NCBI GenBank assembly: GCA_050084515.1
Contig: CM114271.1
Coordinates: 186,001-250,000, forward strand
DNA length: 64,000 nucleotides
Direction: 5' to 3'
Source of the DNA: Blasia pusilla
Lineage: Eukaryota
Positions 48,550 through 62,700 of the stretch are shown piece after piece; position 1 is the stretch's first letter, and every line of letters starts with the position of its first letter. The notes under the pieces are model-generated. The model was not told the origin of the DNA. It did not search any database and saw only the letters and a list, made by a program, of their open reading frames with translations. A program made the position numbers and the translations under genes.

Positions 48550-50209
48550 TGTTGGCATGTAGGGTTTAGGCCCCTACATGTAGGGGCCGTAAATATCCTT
48601 AAATAAGATATTCAATGAAAATTGAGAGAATTTTGAAAGAAGGATTATATTTTTGTCTTGTAGGTATACTCAGTGTTTCCAATGATAGTATGGATGAATG
48701 ATTCCCATAGAGCAGTTTGTCCTCTTGACAACGGATAGCTTTGCATGTGACCTGGAATAGTTGATTTCCCTTACTTAAAGCCCTTAAGCCTTATATTTGA
48801 CTGGTCCCCCTATTGACATACAATCGTCTTATTAGGAAGGAAAACTTCACATATGCTCCAAACAAATCACGAGTGGATTTACAAGTGACGACCCCTAAAT
48901 CAGTGGCCGACAAAAAATGAGGACGAGCAAGAAATGAAAGAGAGGAGTCAGAGGACAAGGGTTTGGATTGGCAAACAACGACCAACTATTCACAATGTTC
49001 TCAGATGAAATCACTGACGGACAAACATTTAGGGTTGAAGGTAATACGGATGTGGATGGCAGGCGACGAAGGCATGGAGGTGCTAGTGAGCGAATCGGTC
49101 TAGAATGTAGATGGTGGTGATACGCATCCAACGAATCTAATTACAACACAGATGCAGGTTCCCACGTTCTTTTGTACAGCGCGTACATCCTCAGCAAAGC
49201 GTTTGATTCCGATTCGGAGGCTGGGCATTGTGGGGGATGGACAAGTTTGCTATCGCGGGGACGATGACTTCAGTGGAAGTTGAGTAGTCTGGGGTGGATA
49301 CTCACTTCTGGATCTGAGACACTCGCCATTATGACTAGTTGGCTGCGATCACATTCCCTGAGTCTGTTCTCATGGAAGTCAATCAAACGGGACACCATTT
49401 TGGTAGTCAGTTCAAATCCAGTGCGGAATTCACTGGACACTCCGCATGATGCCTTAACTGTTGGTCATGTGGGAAGCCCGACGGTGCCTTTGAGACAGCG
49501 GAGCTGCGTCATCGTTTCGATGTCCAGGTAGCGAAGTCAAGATGATGGATTGCGCCTAAATTTGACAGATCTGCCGGTTCACCCTCGAAGACATGGGACC
49601 ATCGCATGCTCTGTCGAAAGCTTTGAACTCAAATCCAGACCACACGGATTATATCTTTCGCTTCGCTGACTTAAGGGTAAGACTTGAGAAGCACAGATGC
49701 GAGACTACTGCTTACCCATACGAACACCGATACAGAGTTAGAAGATCAGAAGTGCGTTTATTCCAAAATTTCTCCCCTCAGGGAACTCAAAGACAGCCAT
49801 GATCTCGAGATAGACATCAAAACTTCCCCTTGTAGAAAAGAAGAGTGTATGAAGTGCTCTGGTTGTGAAGTTCCATATTAATTTTAACGTGAAATGATAC
49901 AAGACGATAACCAGTGGTTGTGCAAATGAACCAATTCGGTATCAGAAAAATTTTCAATCCGTCGTTCCGTACGATCCTCCCGGTGCAAACTAGAATATGG
50001 TGATGATTTGCGAGGCCGAACATGAAAGCGGCCAGGTTAGTGCTTGGGCAGGCACTAGGTGACTCGCACGACGATTTTTGAATTTCTGCCATTTACCGCA
50101 GATTCTTTTCTTCCAGACCGAGAGAGAGGGACACGAAAACTTTTTCTGGTGAGTGCAAACAAGAAATTAAATGCATGGACTTAAGTGTGATACAAAGTAA
50201 TTGAGGTTT

Positions 50210-50848
50210 CTAGAAATCCTCATCTATTCTGAATACTGGTTCATTGTAGTTTCCGTAGTCCAGACGCCGTCTTCTTACGCCCAAAATTGGCTCCTTCCTT
50301 TGAGAAGCTCTCTGACAGTACGAATCAAGACGTTCGGTCAACTGCTTCACAAGGGACCATTCGTGCTGAGCCTTGGCTTCCAAGACCTCCTGTATTTTCT
50401 CAGCGCACAATTCTCCTAAACCATGGAGGCGAAAGAAGTCTGCTTCTTCTTGCAGTGCTCTCAGATCGGAAATCTCATCCAGCCAGACCGTTCCGTTCCT
50501 CAGATAGTTTAGGACATGCTGGAATCGTACCGGGTCTCGATCGATCCAGAATCCCTCATCCTTCATGTGCCGAGTTGCCCAAGCGGCCAGCATAGAATTG
50601 CTGTCCACACAGAGCGTTTGCGTCGAAGTCTCCATCAACTTTCCTCCGACATTCAAAAGCACCCGATTCTTACTCTCGCTCTTCTTCCTTGCGCTCTTCT
50701 CCCTCTCATCCTCTCCATGTTCCGCATCACACACTTCCTCCATCTTGTCTTCGCCGCAGCCCCCTGCACGACTACTCCATGTCTCGTCTCCTCCTCTTTT
50801 CCCCTCCGATCGATTCTCTCCGATTGTAGACTGTTCCCTTCCTTCCAT
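50210..50848 (-). CDS. BTB/POZ (KCTD / K+-channel tetramerisation-type) domain protein, single exon, 212 aa from the first in-frame ATG
   Basis: Intact ORF with RVLLNVGGKLMETSTQTL...SMLA...FWIDRDPVRFQHVLNYLRNG...LQEEADFFRLHGLGELC. The ORF track starts at GTG 50911; the first ATG is at 50848. Confidence 0.88.
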   Translation of the reverse strand: MEGREQSTIGENRSEGKRGGDETWSSRAGGCGEDKMEEVCDAEHGEDEREKSARKKSESKNRVLLNVGGKLMETSTQTLCVDSNSMLAAWATRHMKDEGFWIDRDPVRFQHVLNYLRNGTVWLDEISDLRALQEEADFFRLHGLGELCAEKIQEVLEAKAQHEWSLVKQLTERLDSYCQRASQRKEPILGVRRRRLDYGNYNEPVFRIDEDF

Positions 50849-51187
50849 GACATTTCGCTGCGCCGGATTACCACTACGCAATCCGACCCGATCACCTCCT
50901 TTCTCCTCCACGTCCGTCTATAGTCCGCGTCTCTCTCTCTCTCTCTCGAACTGCCCGAGGCTCCGGGCAGAGTAACGGAGACTTCGACGAACTTCACGCC
51001 ACCGTAACCAGCCATCCACCTCTCCGCTTTACGGGCGAGGGAGGATTCGAACTTCCAGTTCCTGCTACCTCAAAGTAGCTGTTGCTCGCCGTAACGACTT
51101 CTATTCTTAGCTGCCTCCACCGTATCCCATGCTCCATCCTATTCCTAGACCGGGGCCTCTAGAATCTAAATCAGTGTGGGTCCCACA

Positions 51188-51336
51188 GAATTCTCGGATT
51201 TGTTCATTGAGGTGTCCCATTGATATATTTAGCTCAGATTATTATTATTTTATATAAAATACATTATTAAAAATACCAATGGGACACTCAAATGAACAAA
51301 TCATAGAATTCCTTGTTCATTTGTGTGTCCCACTGG
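51188..51336. repeat. MITE-like inverted repeat (39-bp arms at 51188-51226 and 51273-51311) plus a third partial arm
   Basis: gaattctcggatttgttcattgaggtgtcccattgatat versus the reverse complement gaattctatgatttgttcatttgagtgtcccattggtat. The spacer is AT-rich. Confidence 0.75.
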
Positions 51337-54300
51337 TCATTTTTATATTTTTATAATAAGAGATAAATTCAGTATGGTACAAAGTTCAAATAATCAGAGC
51401 TATTTTATTTCATTTTCAACTCTAGAAAAGAAAAGCAAAACAAATATTTTGTTCTTGCTTGAGATGTTTGAACAGGTTCCCTCCTTTTTCTTTTGGAGAG
51501 AACTTTGTAAATGTACGAGTATACAATCCTTACATATACACGCACATATACATACATGTTAAAAATATTTTCTGTTCAAAATATTAAAATAATTTCATAT
51601 TTCCATGCATAAATCAAATACTTGTACACAAATGAAGAAGTTCTCCTCCCCTAATAACATACATAAATTACTTTTGAAAAACTAAACCAAAAAAATGATA
51701 AGAAAAATGCACAATTTCAAAACAAATTATATGATTATCAACAACAATGGAAGAAGACTAGGTTAGAGACGTGTTTATTGAAAAAATTCACGATGAAGTA
51801 TAGAGATGTGGATGGAAAATAACACTCGTAAAAAAAGTGGGATGATTTCCAATCAAAAAAAGGGATTCAAGAGATATAAATAAAAATAGTTATTAAAAAA
51901 GTAAAGATCATAAGAAAAGACACTTGGAAAGATGTTCCTAAGTGAATTCAAAAAAGATTACAAAAGATTTTCCATTAATGACATGAATCTATGGACCTTC
52001 TCAAGAATATCTTTATCAGCCTTATATCGCTTAAGTCCCTTAGGGATAGTGCGATGCACGGATCCATATTTAAATTTTCACTTTCTTTATCAATTATTTT
52101 TCATGTGAGTCCCACTTAAGGTGAAAAAAGTAATTTTGACATAAACTCAACAACGCATGTTCAACGGAGGAGTAGCCACAAAAACCGCATCCTCCAATTA
52201 GTATATAAATTTGGAGCGTACTATAATTCTTTAATCTTATTTTTCATTTCTTATAGAAATTCCAAAATTTCCATAAGAAATCTTTGATACATATATAGAC
52301 ACACATACAAAATATTTGAACTTGCTAAAGTTAGAGAAATTTCAAAGAAGGAAAAATCACCATCAAAACCTCTAATGATCGTCTATATGTAAGAAATTCC
52401 AACATATAGAATATATTTCAACTTTAGTATTAGTTACATGTAGTGCAATAACATTCTATGATTGAAAATTATCCCCCTATGATTCATGATTCTAACATCA
52501 TAATCATTAATTATTCGCTAATTAAGAATTATTCCCTATACAATTTTATAACATGAGCTCTTAATTAAGTTGATCAATCTCTTCTTCAAACTTATCCAAC
52601 TTTTGTTCTTCATAATTAACATGATAAAGAAATTAGAAAACCTTTATAACTTGGTTACCATATATCATCTTGTCTATGAACAAGTAGTCTCTCAAACCCC
52701 AATTTGTTTTTACTAAAGGATTAAGAAGAACTCTAATATTTTAATCTAGAGACTTATGAAAGATTCTTCAAAGATTCCAGCATTCATACAACATCCTATA
52801 ACATGTATATTTGCACCTCTGAACATACCAAAAGCTCCATACATGCAAATAAAATAAGATATATTCATACAAGATTTGATAATTGTATATTTGTTGAGAT
52901 TTCTTCACAAGGATATATACTTGCCTCATAGGAGAGAAAGGAAAAAGCATTCAACTAAAGTCCAACAGGAAAGTCTTGTGTATCAAATTCAATTTACACT
53001 TCTCCTTCTATTCTCCTACTTCATGAATTCCTTTTCAAAATCAGATTCTCCACAATCATCATAGCCAACCATATCAATGCACATCACTCTATTTCCTCCA
53101 ATAGTACTCTCAAGCGAACCATTTCATTAGACATGCACAAACATTCATATCTATGATGTGTTTTTGCAAGTCTCTCATGTACTCTAGTTACTTACTCAAC
53201 CAAATGAAACACTAATTCGTTCCTAACTTGCTTTTAACTTATAATCTCTCGCTTATATGATATATCTATTGATCCTGTCTAACATTCTTTGGTAGCATTT
53301 AGACATAGATTCTACTAGCTCCATTGAGACTTTGCAAAGTCCATTAAAATTTCTCCTCATTTATCCTCATTTTTATGAAACACTCCTTGAGTTACTTTAG
53401 TATGGGCTTCTCATTCATATCGTGTCCTATCGTAGGTCTTGCAACTTGATTTACATCTATGTTGAGTTTATGTGTTCCTTCCTAAATCACATTTACTTCT
53501 ATTACTTCTCCAACTCATACTTTAGTCAATCTTTAACACTATGATATCATACTACCTCTCATTAATTTATTGCTCAAAAAATCTCTATCTTTGGATCTTC
53601 ATCTTATAACGATGGATTCTATATTATTTCCACCCCGGGATTTACTCCCAATACATACAACTTCTTCAATCTCTCCCTATAACTGTACTCCCCAAAGATG
53701 CATCACGTAAGCTCCCAAATAAATATGTGCAATATTTTTCACCAATAGTTCATTCCATCCTTCTCACATAAGTTAGCTCTACTTTCGCCTAAATGTCTCT
53801 AAGCTTATAGGGAGTACCGTGGTAGGATGATGAGAACTTATAATTTTGATTCTCTCTAGTTCTTTTTAGTCTCGATTGTGACGCTCCCTCATATTGTAAC
53901 AAACCCAAAATTTTCTCACAATCCACATCCTTGAGTCCAAAATTCTCCCCACAAAGATTCTATATCTATAACTATAGCACGTGGTCTAGCATCCTTCTAC
54001 CATATAAATGAAAAAGTTACTTATTATTCCCCTATTATCCCTCTAGCATCCTAAAAGTTAAACACACATATTACAAGTGAAGGTAGGTAACCTAAGGCCT
54101 CTTAAATGGCGCATGAAAAACTTCCAAATAGAGAGAGAATAGAAATTGAGTACAATTAATTCATGAGATTAGTTATGTTGAAGATTACGCAATATTGTTG
54201 AAAGATAAATATAATTATATCAACCAAAAAGGAGGTTCTATGCTTCGGGACGCAATGATGTCCATAAATGATTAATTGAGAAATATATGTAGAAATTGAT

Positions 54301-57300
54301 GGGATTTGGGCAAAGTGACAAGTATTGTTTCACTATAAAATCTAACTACCTTATCTTGTATCTTTTTTTCTAGTTTTTTTCAATAATTATGGATATGATA
54401 GGAATCTTCTCAATTTCTAATTTAACAACCTATTTAATCTTCATGATGGAAGAATTATCTTCTTAACCTATTTTTATGGGAATGAACATGTCCCAAGAAT
54501 CACTAGGCTTATTTCATTGCTTAGTTATTCATGAGTGCAATTTACTCCCAAATTATTGTGCTTGAACCCTCTCATAATCTTTGAAATATTCATTATTGAG
54601 GTTATCTTTGCACTATAGAGAACTTCATGACAGAGGCCTATAATTAAGTTATTGTAATGGTTTTCTTTTCTCTTATAAGGTACTTTACATTTATTTGTGC
54701 ATAAATGCATCCAAATCAAGACAACAACCACACCCACGAAAGGCTATGAGGAGCCCTCAAGATCTTTCCCTTTCTATCCTTAATTTCAACTCTTGAAACC
54801 AAATATACCTTGAACCGATTTTGTTCACAAGTCTTCCTTTCTTCCATGCCTAGGATGCTATCATTCATCCCTACATTTTACAACTTCAATTTTATGTCTC
54901 TATCTCTTTCATACAAACACTAAGAGAGATTATTATCGCTCATAGTATAATCCGTATATTTATAGCAACGGAATTTCTCAAGTATTATCATAAAAATCTA
55001 AAATATATTCTTTGCCAAAAAAGTTTTTTAGGATAAATGTCTTAATTTACGCATGGCCTCTTGGTGATCACGATATATATCCTAATGTAGGAAACATCAA
55101 AGTCATCAACTTGAACGAGCCATACTTATCCATCCCCATTCTCCTTAGTAGAATTTTAGGAAATTTGTGAGGCTATTGATTGAATTTTGTGAGGCATAAA
55201 ATCTTGCCTTAAAGATGGTTTACTTCACTAGGTTTGTGAGCTTTTGGGAGGGAAAAGGAGGCTACCTCTTAATTCTCATAAGATAGGCTATCTTGGTTCT
55301 TATTTCTATTTAGTTCTTAGTTCATTTAAATCATTTAAGCTAGAGAAAATATCTATTGAACTTCTCATTAGTAACAATTTTCAAAAAATGTTATCCGAAT
55401 ATATCTCAAATCATATTTCAAGCACCAAAATTAAGTTTGGAAGGATTTCCCAATGAATTTTCTCCCATAAAAATACTTTCCAAAAATAATATCACAAAAT
55501 ATTCCTACATTTTCCTACAATATTTTTTCCCTTCCTCTTGAATATCTTCTTGTCCTTTTGGATCAGTTTCTTAAGACTTGCATATTTCATATATATTTTT
55601 TATTTCCAAAAAATGTAATCAAATACTAAAAAATAACTCGAACAAGGATGATCTTTTTAGCCTTCATTTATCATGTTTATACTCTTTCTTTTGAAACTTA
55701 TGCGGTTGTACTCTTTATCCTTATTTTCTCAAAATTCATGTATCTTGTCTCGATAACCTATATGTCCATCTTTTTTGTTTCTCCTCCCGCAATCAAAAAC
55801 CTTTTTATTCTTGACCATTCTTATTTTCCTTTACTCTCTAGCTATTAGTATATCTCTTGACAATATAAATGATAGGAATTGAGATCATAATCAAATGAGC
55901 TTTGGCCTCTTAAACAATACATCTACTAAACACTATTAAGTTAGAATTAAATTTTACTCTTTCTTAAAAGAGCCCTATTTTAAAAGTTCCTTTTGTAAAA
56001 GAGAAAGGAAACATTGATATAACAAAGAATTTAATGCATTTATGTTGCAAAACTCAATCCAACCTAATAAGAACTAAGCTTTCATATGTAGATATAGGCT
56101 TATAGCAACTTTTCCCCTTTTCGACAACATCAATTATAACTTTGAAAATACACTTTAGATTATGAAATTAAAAGAATAAAATATGACAAAATGACAAAAA
56201 TGAGAAGATAATATGTTATAGTGTGGACTCTAGAGAAGTTCAAAATTAATAATTTTAGTTTACTTCAATTTCCAACTCACACTAATCAGAATCATCATAT
56301 TTGATCTCATATAGAGAAACATAAATCCGATATGTATCTTCTTTCTCAAATGCATATTTTCCAAGATTTAAAAAGAGAAGCTATGATGGTTAGCAAACAA
56401 AGATGGAGGAGGACATATTTCTTAGAGATGCTTATATGCAAGGATCCATCCTACTAAACTGTTTCAAGATTTTTATTTCTTTCCACTCATTTAGACTCTT
56501 CAAACTACAATGTATAGATCGGAAGAATATATACACACTAATTATCCCAATGCTTGGCTCCTCATACGGTGCTTCTCTACTGCGATCATGGCCAAAGATC
56601 CAATAGAATTTCAATCACCCAAACAAGTTCCTTGATAATTCTGCATAAGAATACAAATTTATATTTGTTTCAATCAATTGAGGAACATGATCATAAATTT
56701 TCAACTGCATTTAAAATCAAGTACGTTGTCTTCCCTAGCCCACTCGGAAGGCCTAATAATCAAGGTGGAGTATATATGCCATTTGTATGTGGAAAAATAA
56801 TTGCATGTCTTTCTCCACTAGTTTTTGCTACTTAATTTTTTGGATAATTGTCATACAACCAGGTGCTTATAAAATAATACTTAGGACGAAATTTTTTCAA
56901 GAAAAAAGGTTTAACTTTTTTTCTTAATTGTCACCTTATGAATAGATGTGTGTGTAAGTTTAAACTCTTATATTAATTTTAAATCAAATTTCCCACATAA
57001 CTCTTCACTCACATTTTAGGAATCTTAGAATTTATAGATCTAGAATCTCTACTCTTATAAGAATTTAGATTTCACAATTCTTACTAGTATATACTCCCCT
57101 ACCTCTTGTGAGATTTCACATGGTGTTGTTTGCACGCTCTCATCACCCAAATAGCCTTTCCGCCAAATTTCTCATGAGCTCGACAGGACCAATACCTTTA
57201 GAAAGATTATTTCATTTGAATAAGTATTATGTGCTTATGTCATTGTTTAGTTGAATCTTTATCCACTTAGCACATAGTAACTCTTAACACATATAACTAT

Positions 57301-58259
57301 TGAAAGGTCGAGAGAATATCCTTCGAAAAATAAACATTGCTTAATGGATTAGGTATCATATGCAAATGCAAATATGATTTAATTTAGAAAAGGAAATAAT
57401 ATGTCCTTTGGAATAGATTGTTTGTTTCTTAAGAGATTGGAAGGATTCATGTAGATACATTCAACTATCCCACCTCCCTTCCATTTGACTTCAAAACATT
57501 TCAATAAGAACTTTGAAGAATAAAAAAAACATGGACAAAGAAAAGTATGTAAGTTAACGTATCAAAAAGAGGGATGAGGGGAAGAAGAAGCAAAAGACCC
57601 ACTAACCATCTTATTTTTAAAGTCCGCTTTTATTTCAATACTCATATGTTTATGCCTCATCTCCTAAAGATACATATACATCTTGTAGAGCAATACAAAA
57701 TATGAGGAGACTCCAAGCCTCAAAGCAAGGAGTCCATACTTCAATTGAAAATTCAAAAAAATCATGTTCTAAAATGGTATTTATGACGAGCTTAATTTAT
57801 GATTTTCATAAGTCTATATGCCCAAAAATTTTGGGAGAAAAAAAATCCTTGAACCCTATCATTGGATACTATCTTGTACGATGGGGGCTTGAGCCCTTAG
57901 GATAAATTTGGTCCACACTAAAGAATTACATAGGGGTGCTAGGTCACTTTAACTTATGCATTTCAAAATCTTTGGAGATAGAATCTGCTTCTTAAGGATA
58001 ATATGGTATGAGTAGAACATAAGTTAACCTTGCTAGTGATCATCAAAGCAACCAGATAATGAGAGAGGAATTCCAGAGGAGGTAGAAATCTTGATCAATA
58101 AGTTTATTTGAAGCAAAAGAAAAGTGTGAGATGCAAGGGAGAAACATGCTAGATGTACACATATTGAAAAGAGGGATGGATGAAATTTGGAAATAGATGA
58201 AAAAGAAGGAAATTGGGCATCTTACTTGAGAGAGATGTAGAAGGCAATAATGTTCTTAG

Positions 58260-58765
58260 TTAGAGAGATGGAGGAGATAGTGGCGTCGGTCTCAGTGAGT
58301 TGCCTGAGGATTCCGCTTCAACTGATGATGGCTTGTCTTGTTTTAGTTCTTTTTTCCCATCCATTTCAGCGCCTTGGGGTCGAAGGGGATGGGGTTGATC
58401 TTCAAAATTGACAGTTTTCCCACCTTCTGAGGTGGTGCCACCATCAGAGGCAGAATCATTCAACGATGATGGAATCTCATCGACACTAGCCAAAGTCAAT
58501 TGAACCACACTGTCAATAAGTTTGTCCGAAGGTTTGTTCCTATTGGAGGCTTGCACTAGCTCCATTGCACTTGTGAGCATTTCTTGTTGCACTCTAATGC
58601 TCTTGCGGTTGGTGACGGGATTGGAAAGCTTCAATTGTTTGTACAATTGTACAAGATATCCTGATGCACCCTTGCTCGGTTTCTTCAATCTGAAATTCCC
58701 CACTTTATAACAAAATTTAGAAAGAACACGTCCCTTCCAAGATGCACTCTTTTTGGGTAGACTCT
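58260..58765 (-). CDS. Probable terminal exon of the CFAP97D-like gene (low-complexity, disordered C-terminus)
   Basis: Open frame of ~165 codons in otherwise stop-rich AT-rich DNA, on the same strand and just downstream of the CFAP97-like exons. Splice connection not resolved; a possible small exon lies at ~58960-59035. Confidence 0.45.
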
Positions 58766-59128
58766 CTTAAGATCATATTGAATTAGTTGATCCATATTAT
58801 TGCTAATGAAAAGAAAGTCATATGAACCTAATCATATTGATTCCAAATGAAATGGATGTTGAAAGCTTTTGAATCTCCCTCAAGGTCCAAGCAATTCATT
58901 TTCGGGCAATCACTAATGGAATTATTTTACTGAATTTTTTCGACAATAATACTATTACCATTCTTCTTTCAGATAATATCATCTTATCTTCTTGAGATCC
59001 AATGGATCTATAGTGTGGGATCATGCCCTTTTCTTTTCTTTAGATCATTATTTCTCTAGATCATTCCATTAAATGGGGATTTTCCTTATTCTTAATGATC
59101 TGTAATAGGGGTTTTTCAACTTCAATTT

Positions 59129-59774
59129 CTAAAGGAAAGATAAAATGTAAATCCTAGGATACATGATAATGGATTTGATCGCGAACATGTAAGCATCTCC
59201 AGGCAAGAGTGGGTCTCCTTTCTTCTTCAAGTGGCAAAAATGACTCTGAGGACGATTATGAATCTTTCGAAGCCGCTCCAATATTTGTTGGTTTTCTTTC
59301 TCAATGAATCTCAACCTGCCTGGCAAACACATCCCTATCTATTATTGAATTGAAAGTTATTGGATCTCAACTTTAAAGCAGTGCATATTTTTCTTGACAT
59401 TATGAGTGGTGCATGAGTGTCAAAATTAAACATCTCACCCAAGTCTAAATTAGGGCTTAACCTACGTGATCATTTCCTTTATAAACACACTTCAACATAA
59501 TAGTTAATGACAATATAACATTGAGATTAACAATCTACAAAACTTTGAATATACCTTCTTCAACAATTTGTCTCTTTCTATTCATAATTTGATGGCTCGG
59601 TTGTTGAGGAGGACAATTATCAATAGAAGGTTTCATATTCCTGATATTTCTTAACATCCGAAACAAGTCTCGTCTAAACTCCCACTTCATGAATGGAGTA
59701 AACTTCATTCGACGTTTCATTCGATTATCAATAGCCGTGCCACTAAACTCAGCCCCCGTTGAAAATCCCGACAT
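59129..59774 (-). CDS. CFAP97 / Hemingway (KIAA1430)-domain protein, cilia/flagella-associated; exons 59774-59555 and 59319-~59160
   Basis: Spliced translation across a phase-1 GT-AG intron (59320-59554): ...LRNIRNMKPSIDNCPPQQPSHQIMNRKRQIVEEGRLRFIEKENQQILERLRKI. This matches the 'KP.IDN.PP....H...N.KK.Q.EEER...IE.EN..LL.KL..I' signature. Confidence 0.75.
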
Positions 59775-62700
59775 GTCGATAATATTTTCTCTACGATGAA
59801 CTTTGCGTATAATCCAAAGCACAAATTTTACCTTGAAATGCCAGCAGATGCCAAAATTAGTGAAGAGAGTGTGCAATCATCTAATAAAGATATGAAAACG
59901 CAACGGTTGTCAAGGGCTTGTGCACTCAAATTAAGATGCATCTTCTTCATTCAGATAAATCAAGATGTAAATTGAAAGATCTTTTGTTTCCAATGAAAGG
60001 TACTATGATATCCTGCATGCTCTAAATGAAATCTCAACTATGACTTTCATATAATTTGGTTTCCTTCCTATGTTGGTATTTATGAGCACATGAGACGTTT
60101 GTTTATGGCAACACTCTTTCTTGAGAGGGCCCATGAACCAAAATAAAATGACAGTTTCCTCAATTCGCTAAAGTCCATTGGTCTTATTGGTCCTAACAAG
60201 AAAGTGCAATGATTTGAAAATATATAGCATTCAATGATATGACAAGGAGCTCATTCTATAACTTGTATTCTACAAATGATATGAGAGCAAGCCTATTTCT
60301 ATAATCAAAAAATACTCTTAGAATTGTTTTATTCTTTGTGTCTCTGTTGTCGGAAAACGAATGTTACTTAGTTGCAAAATTGTTACAAACCATTCATATG
60401 CGACTAGTCTTAGTTTATGACTGAGTGCGACTATTCTGAAAGGAATAAGGATAGTTTCATTATAATCATTGTCAAATCACATTATAGGCACAAAGTATTT
60501 ATATTTTACTTGTATATAAATTCATCTATATTTTGAGATTTCTTTACAAATAGATTAAGATCTATTGTATGAATAATCTTCCTGAACCTTTTAAGAGAAA
60601 TATAATTAATCTTAATTTGCAAGTACCCTTTGACTAATTTGTGCCATATGCTTAATATTGTCAGGATTTAGATAATGAAAAATTCAAGATTTTATTTTCT
60701 TGATAAAAAATCAAAATTTTCAACGAGTAATATGATCTTTAGTCTAAATCTCTAAATTATAAGAAAACTCCAACGAGTGAAATTCTCACTTTTGATAATG
60801 ATGTGTCTATTAAATAAAATAATCTGAAAAAAACACTAGTATAAATTTTACTCAAATGCATTTACTCATATCATAATTATTCTTTTAATTATGTAAGATA
60901 TTCAAAATGAATTTTAATATGTATTATTTATCTATCTGTGGAGAAGGATGGATTATTTTTTGGACTTAGATGTCCAAAAATAATTGCAATATAATGAAGT
61001 GATTTTTTGGAATATAATGATATTTTCTTAGTGTGTGATACATTATAATAGGCAGGCGTAAAAAAATACCAAAGTGGGATGATGAGCCAATAACTAAATA
61101 TCTAGCAATCATAAGATTGCTTAAAACTTTAAAAAAATGTACATCCTTAAATTTTTCAAGAAAATTATCGTAATTGATAAAATGATTTATCAATGATTAT
61201 AAATTTTTATATTTTTAGTCATATTCCTTAAATCAATTGATCCATTATCGTCAATAATTAATAATCAGAAGCTAATAATTTACCATTTTTTTGAATATAG
61301 CATGAACTTATTTACTAATTAAAGGGATTAGATTTCACTTATATCTGCATATTTTCAACTCCATGATAAATTATGAAGATGATGTCTCTTTTGCAAAATT
61401 TAAAATTTTGATTCTATTTCTTCCTTAGCAAAGTTAATGGCTAAAATTATCCAAAACCTATTTAAAAATAGTTTGACTCCAATTTTGAAATATCAATTTG
61501 AACATTATCATGTAACATGGTCAACTCTTTCTATTAGTGGATCTCTCATTGTAAAAAGGGAATAATTTCAATAACTTCCTTCATAGGAGTCCCAAATATT
61601 TGTTGGCAATGTGAATTATGTCATTATAACAAATTTTGAAATAAATTTCTATTTATATCGTTGATCCTCATATCACGAAAATTTCTATTTGAAGGTAAAA
61701 AATATCAATGGAAAGTTTATTCCATTGATATTTTTATAGGAGTAGTTTTGATTAAACAAGATTATAATGATTATACCCAAATTGAGTTCCCAAATATTTT
61801 ACATGTTTGAATATCAATGAGGTATGAAATTTTAAGGGACAATAGAATGGAAATTAGAAGGATTTAATTATAATTGATAGTTGATGTTTGTGGATATAAG
61901 GGAAGGCCAAAAAAATTTCTTCTTATTTATCTTGGTAGTATGTTGGTTATCTAAGTTATCTTTTGCCATATTTCAGAACATACTCACATAGATACATATG
62001 CATCATATAGAAGCCAATATATACTAACTAACTTGGAATATTATGAAATGAACTATATTACTTAGTATTTACATAAGATCATTTGAAAATTCAGCACTAG
62101 TGATAATCATTTCTTACAATATTTTTTACACAAAAATATTTATTTAAATTATTAATAATAGTTTAGGTATATTTTTAAATTTGATTGATTCATAGTGTTA
62201 ATTAACTTTTTTCTGATAGAGTCAAACCAAACTAAGCTTGAAGGAGAGAATAAAAGAAAAAAAATTTATTCTTATTAACCAAGATTTATATGGTTGATGT
62301 AAAATAAAATTTGAAAGTTCAAAATTATTTTGAAAATGAAAAACTAAGTTTTCTTGAATATTCCCAATACATAAATATTAATCATTTAAGTTAGTGAATT
62401 CAATATACTTGAGATCAAGTAGGAGATATTTTGAGGCTTAAATTCCCAAATTTAATATTCTTCCTATAGAAAAAAATTTGCTTTTGATTATTTTTCTCAA
62501 AATCATAACATGTGAATATTCCAAGATGGAGAATATGTAGACAAAAAACTACTCAAACCTTGATCTACTCCATAACTTAAATTGAAAAAGTTTTCGAATC
62601 AACGAAAATCATAAGAATAAAATTGGATCAAAAGGCTAACAAGATAATAAGTATGAAGATGAGCTTGTTAAACCTACAAATCCATATTTATTAATTGTGA

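Larger units (their letters stand above)
43986..48555 (+). mobile_element. Ty1/Copia LTR retrotransposon (5' LTR, PBS, gag-pol, PPT; matching 3' LTR absent beyond TGTTGG)
   Basis: LTR TGTTGG...CTCACA at 43986-44432, PBS at 44433, domain order gag-PR-IN-RT-RH, PPT GAGGGGGGG at 48541-48549, then TGTTGG at 48550. Confidence 0.92.

Noticed and set aside
48900-50100. Protein-coding gene in the GC-balanced stretch after the Copia element
   Set aside because: Only short ORFs with no recognisable motif or consistent splice structure.
50911-51015. Microsatellite frameshift joining ATG 51015 to the BTB ORF
   Set aside because: An in-frame TAG lies three codons upstream of GTG 50911, downstream of the (GA)n tract, so slippage cannot fuse the frames.
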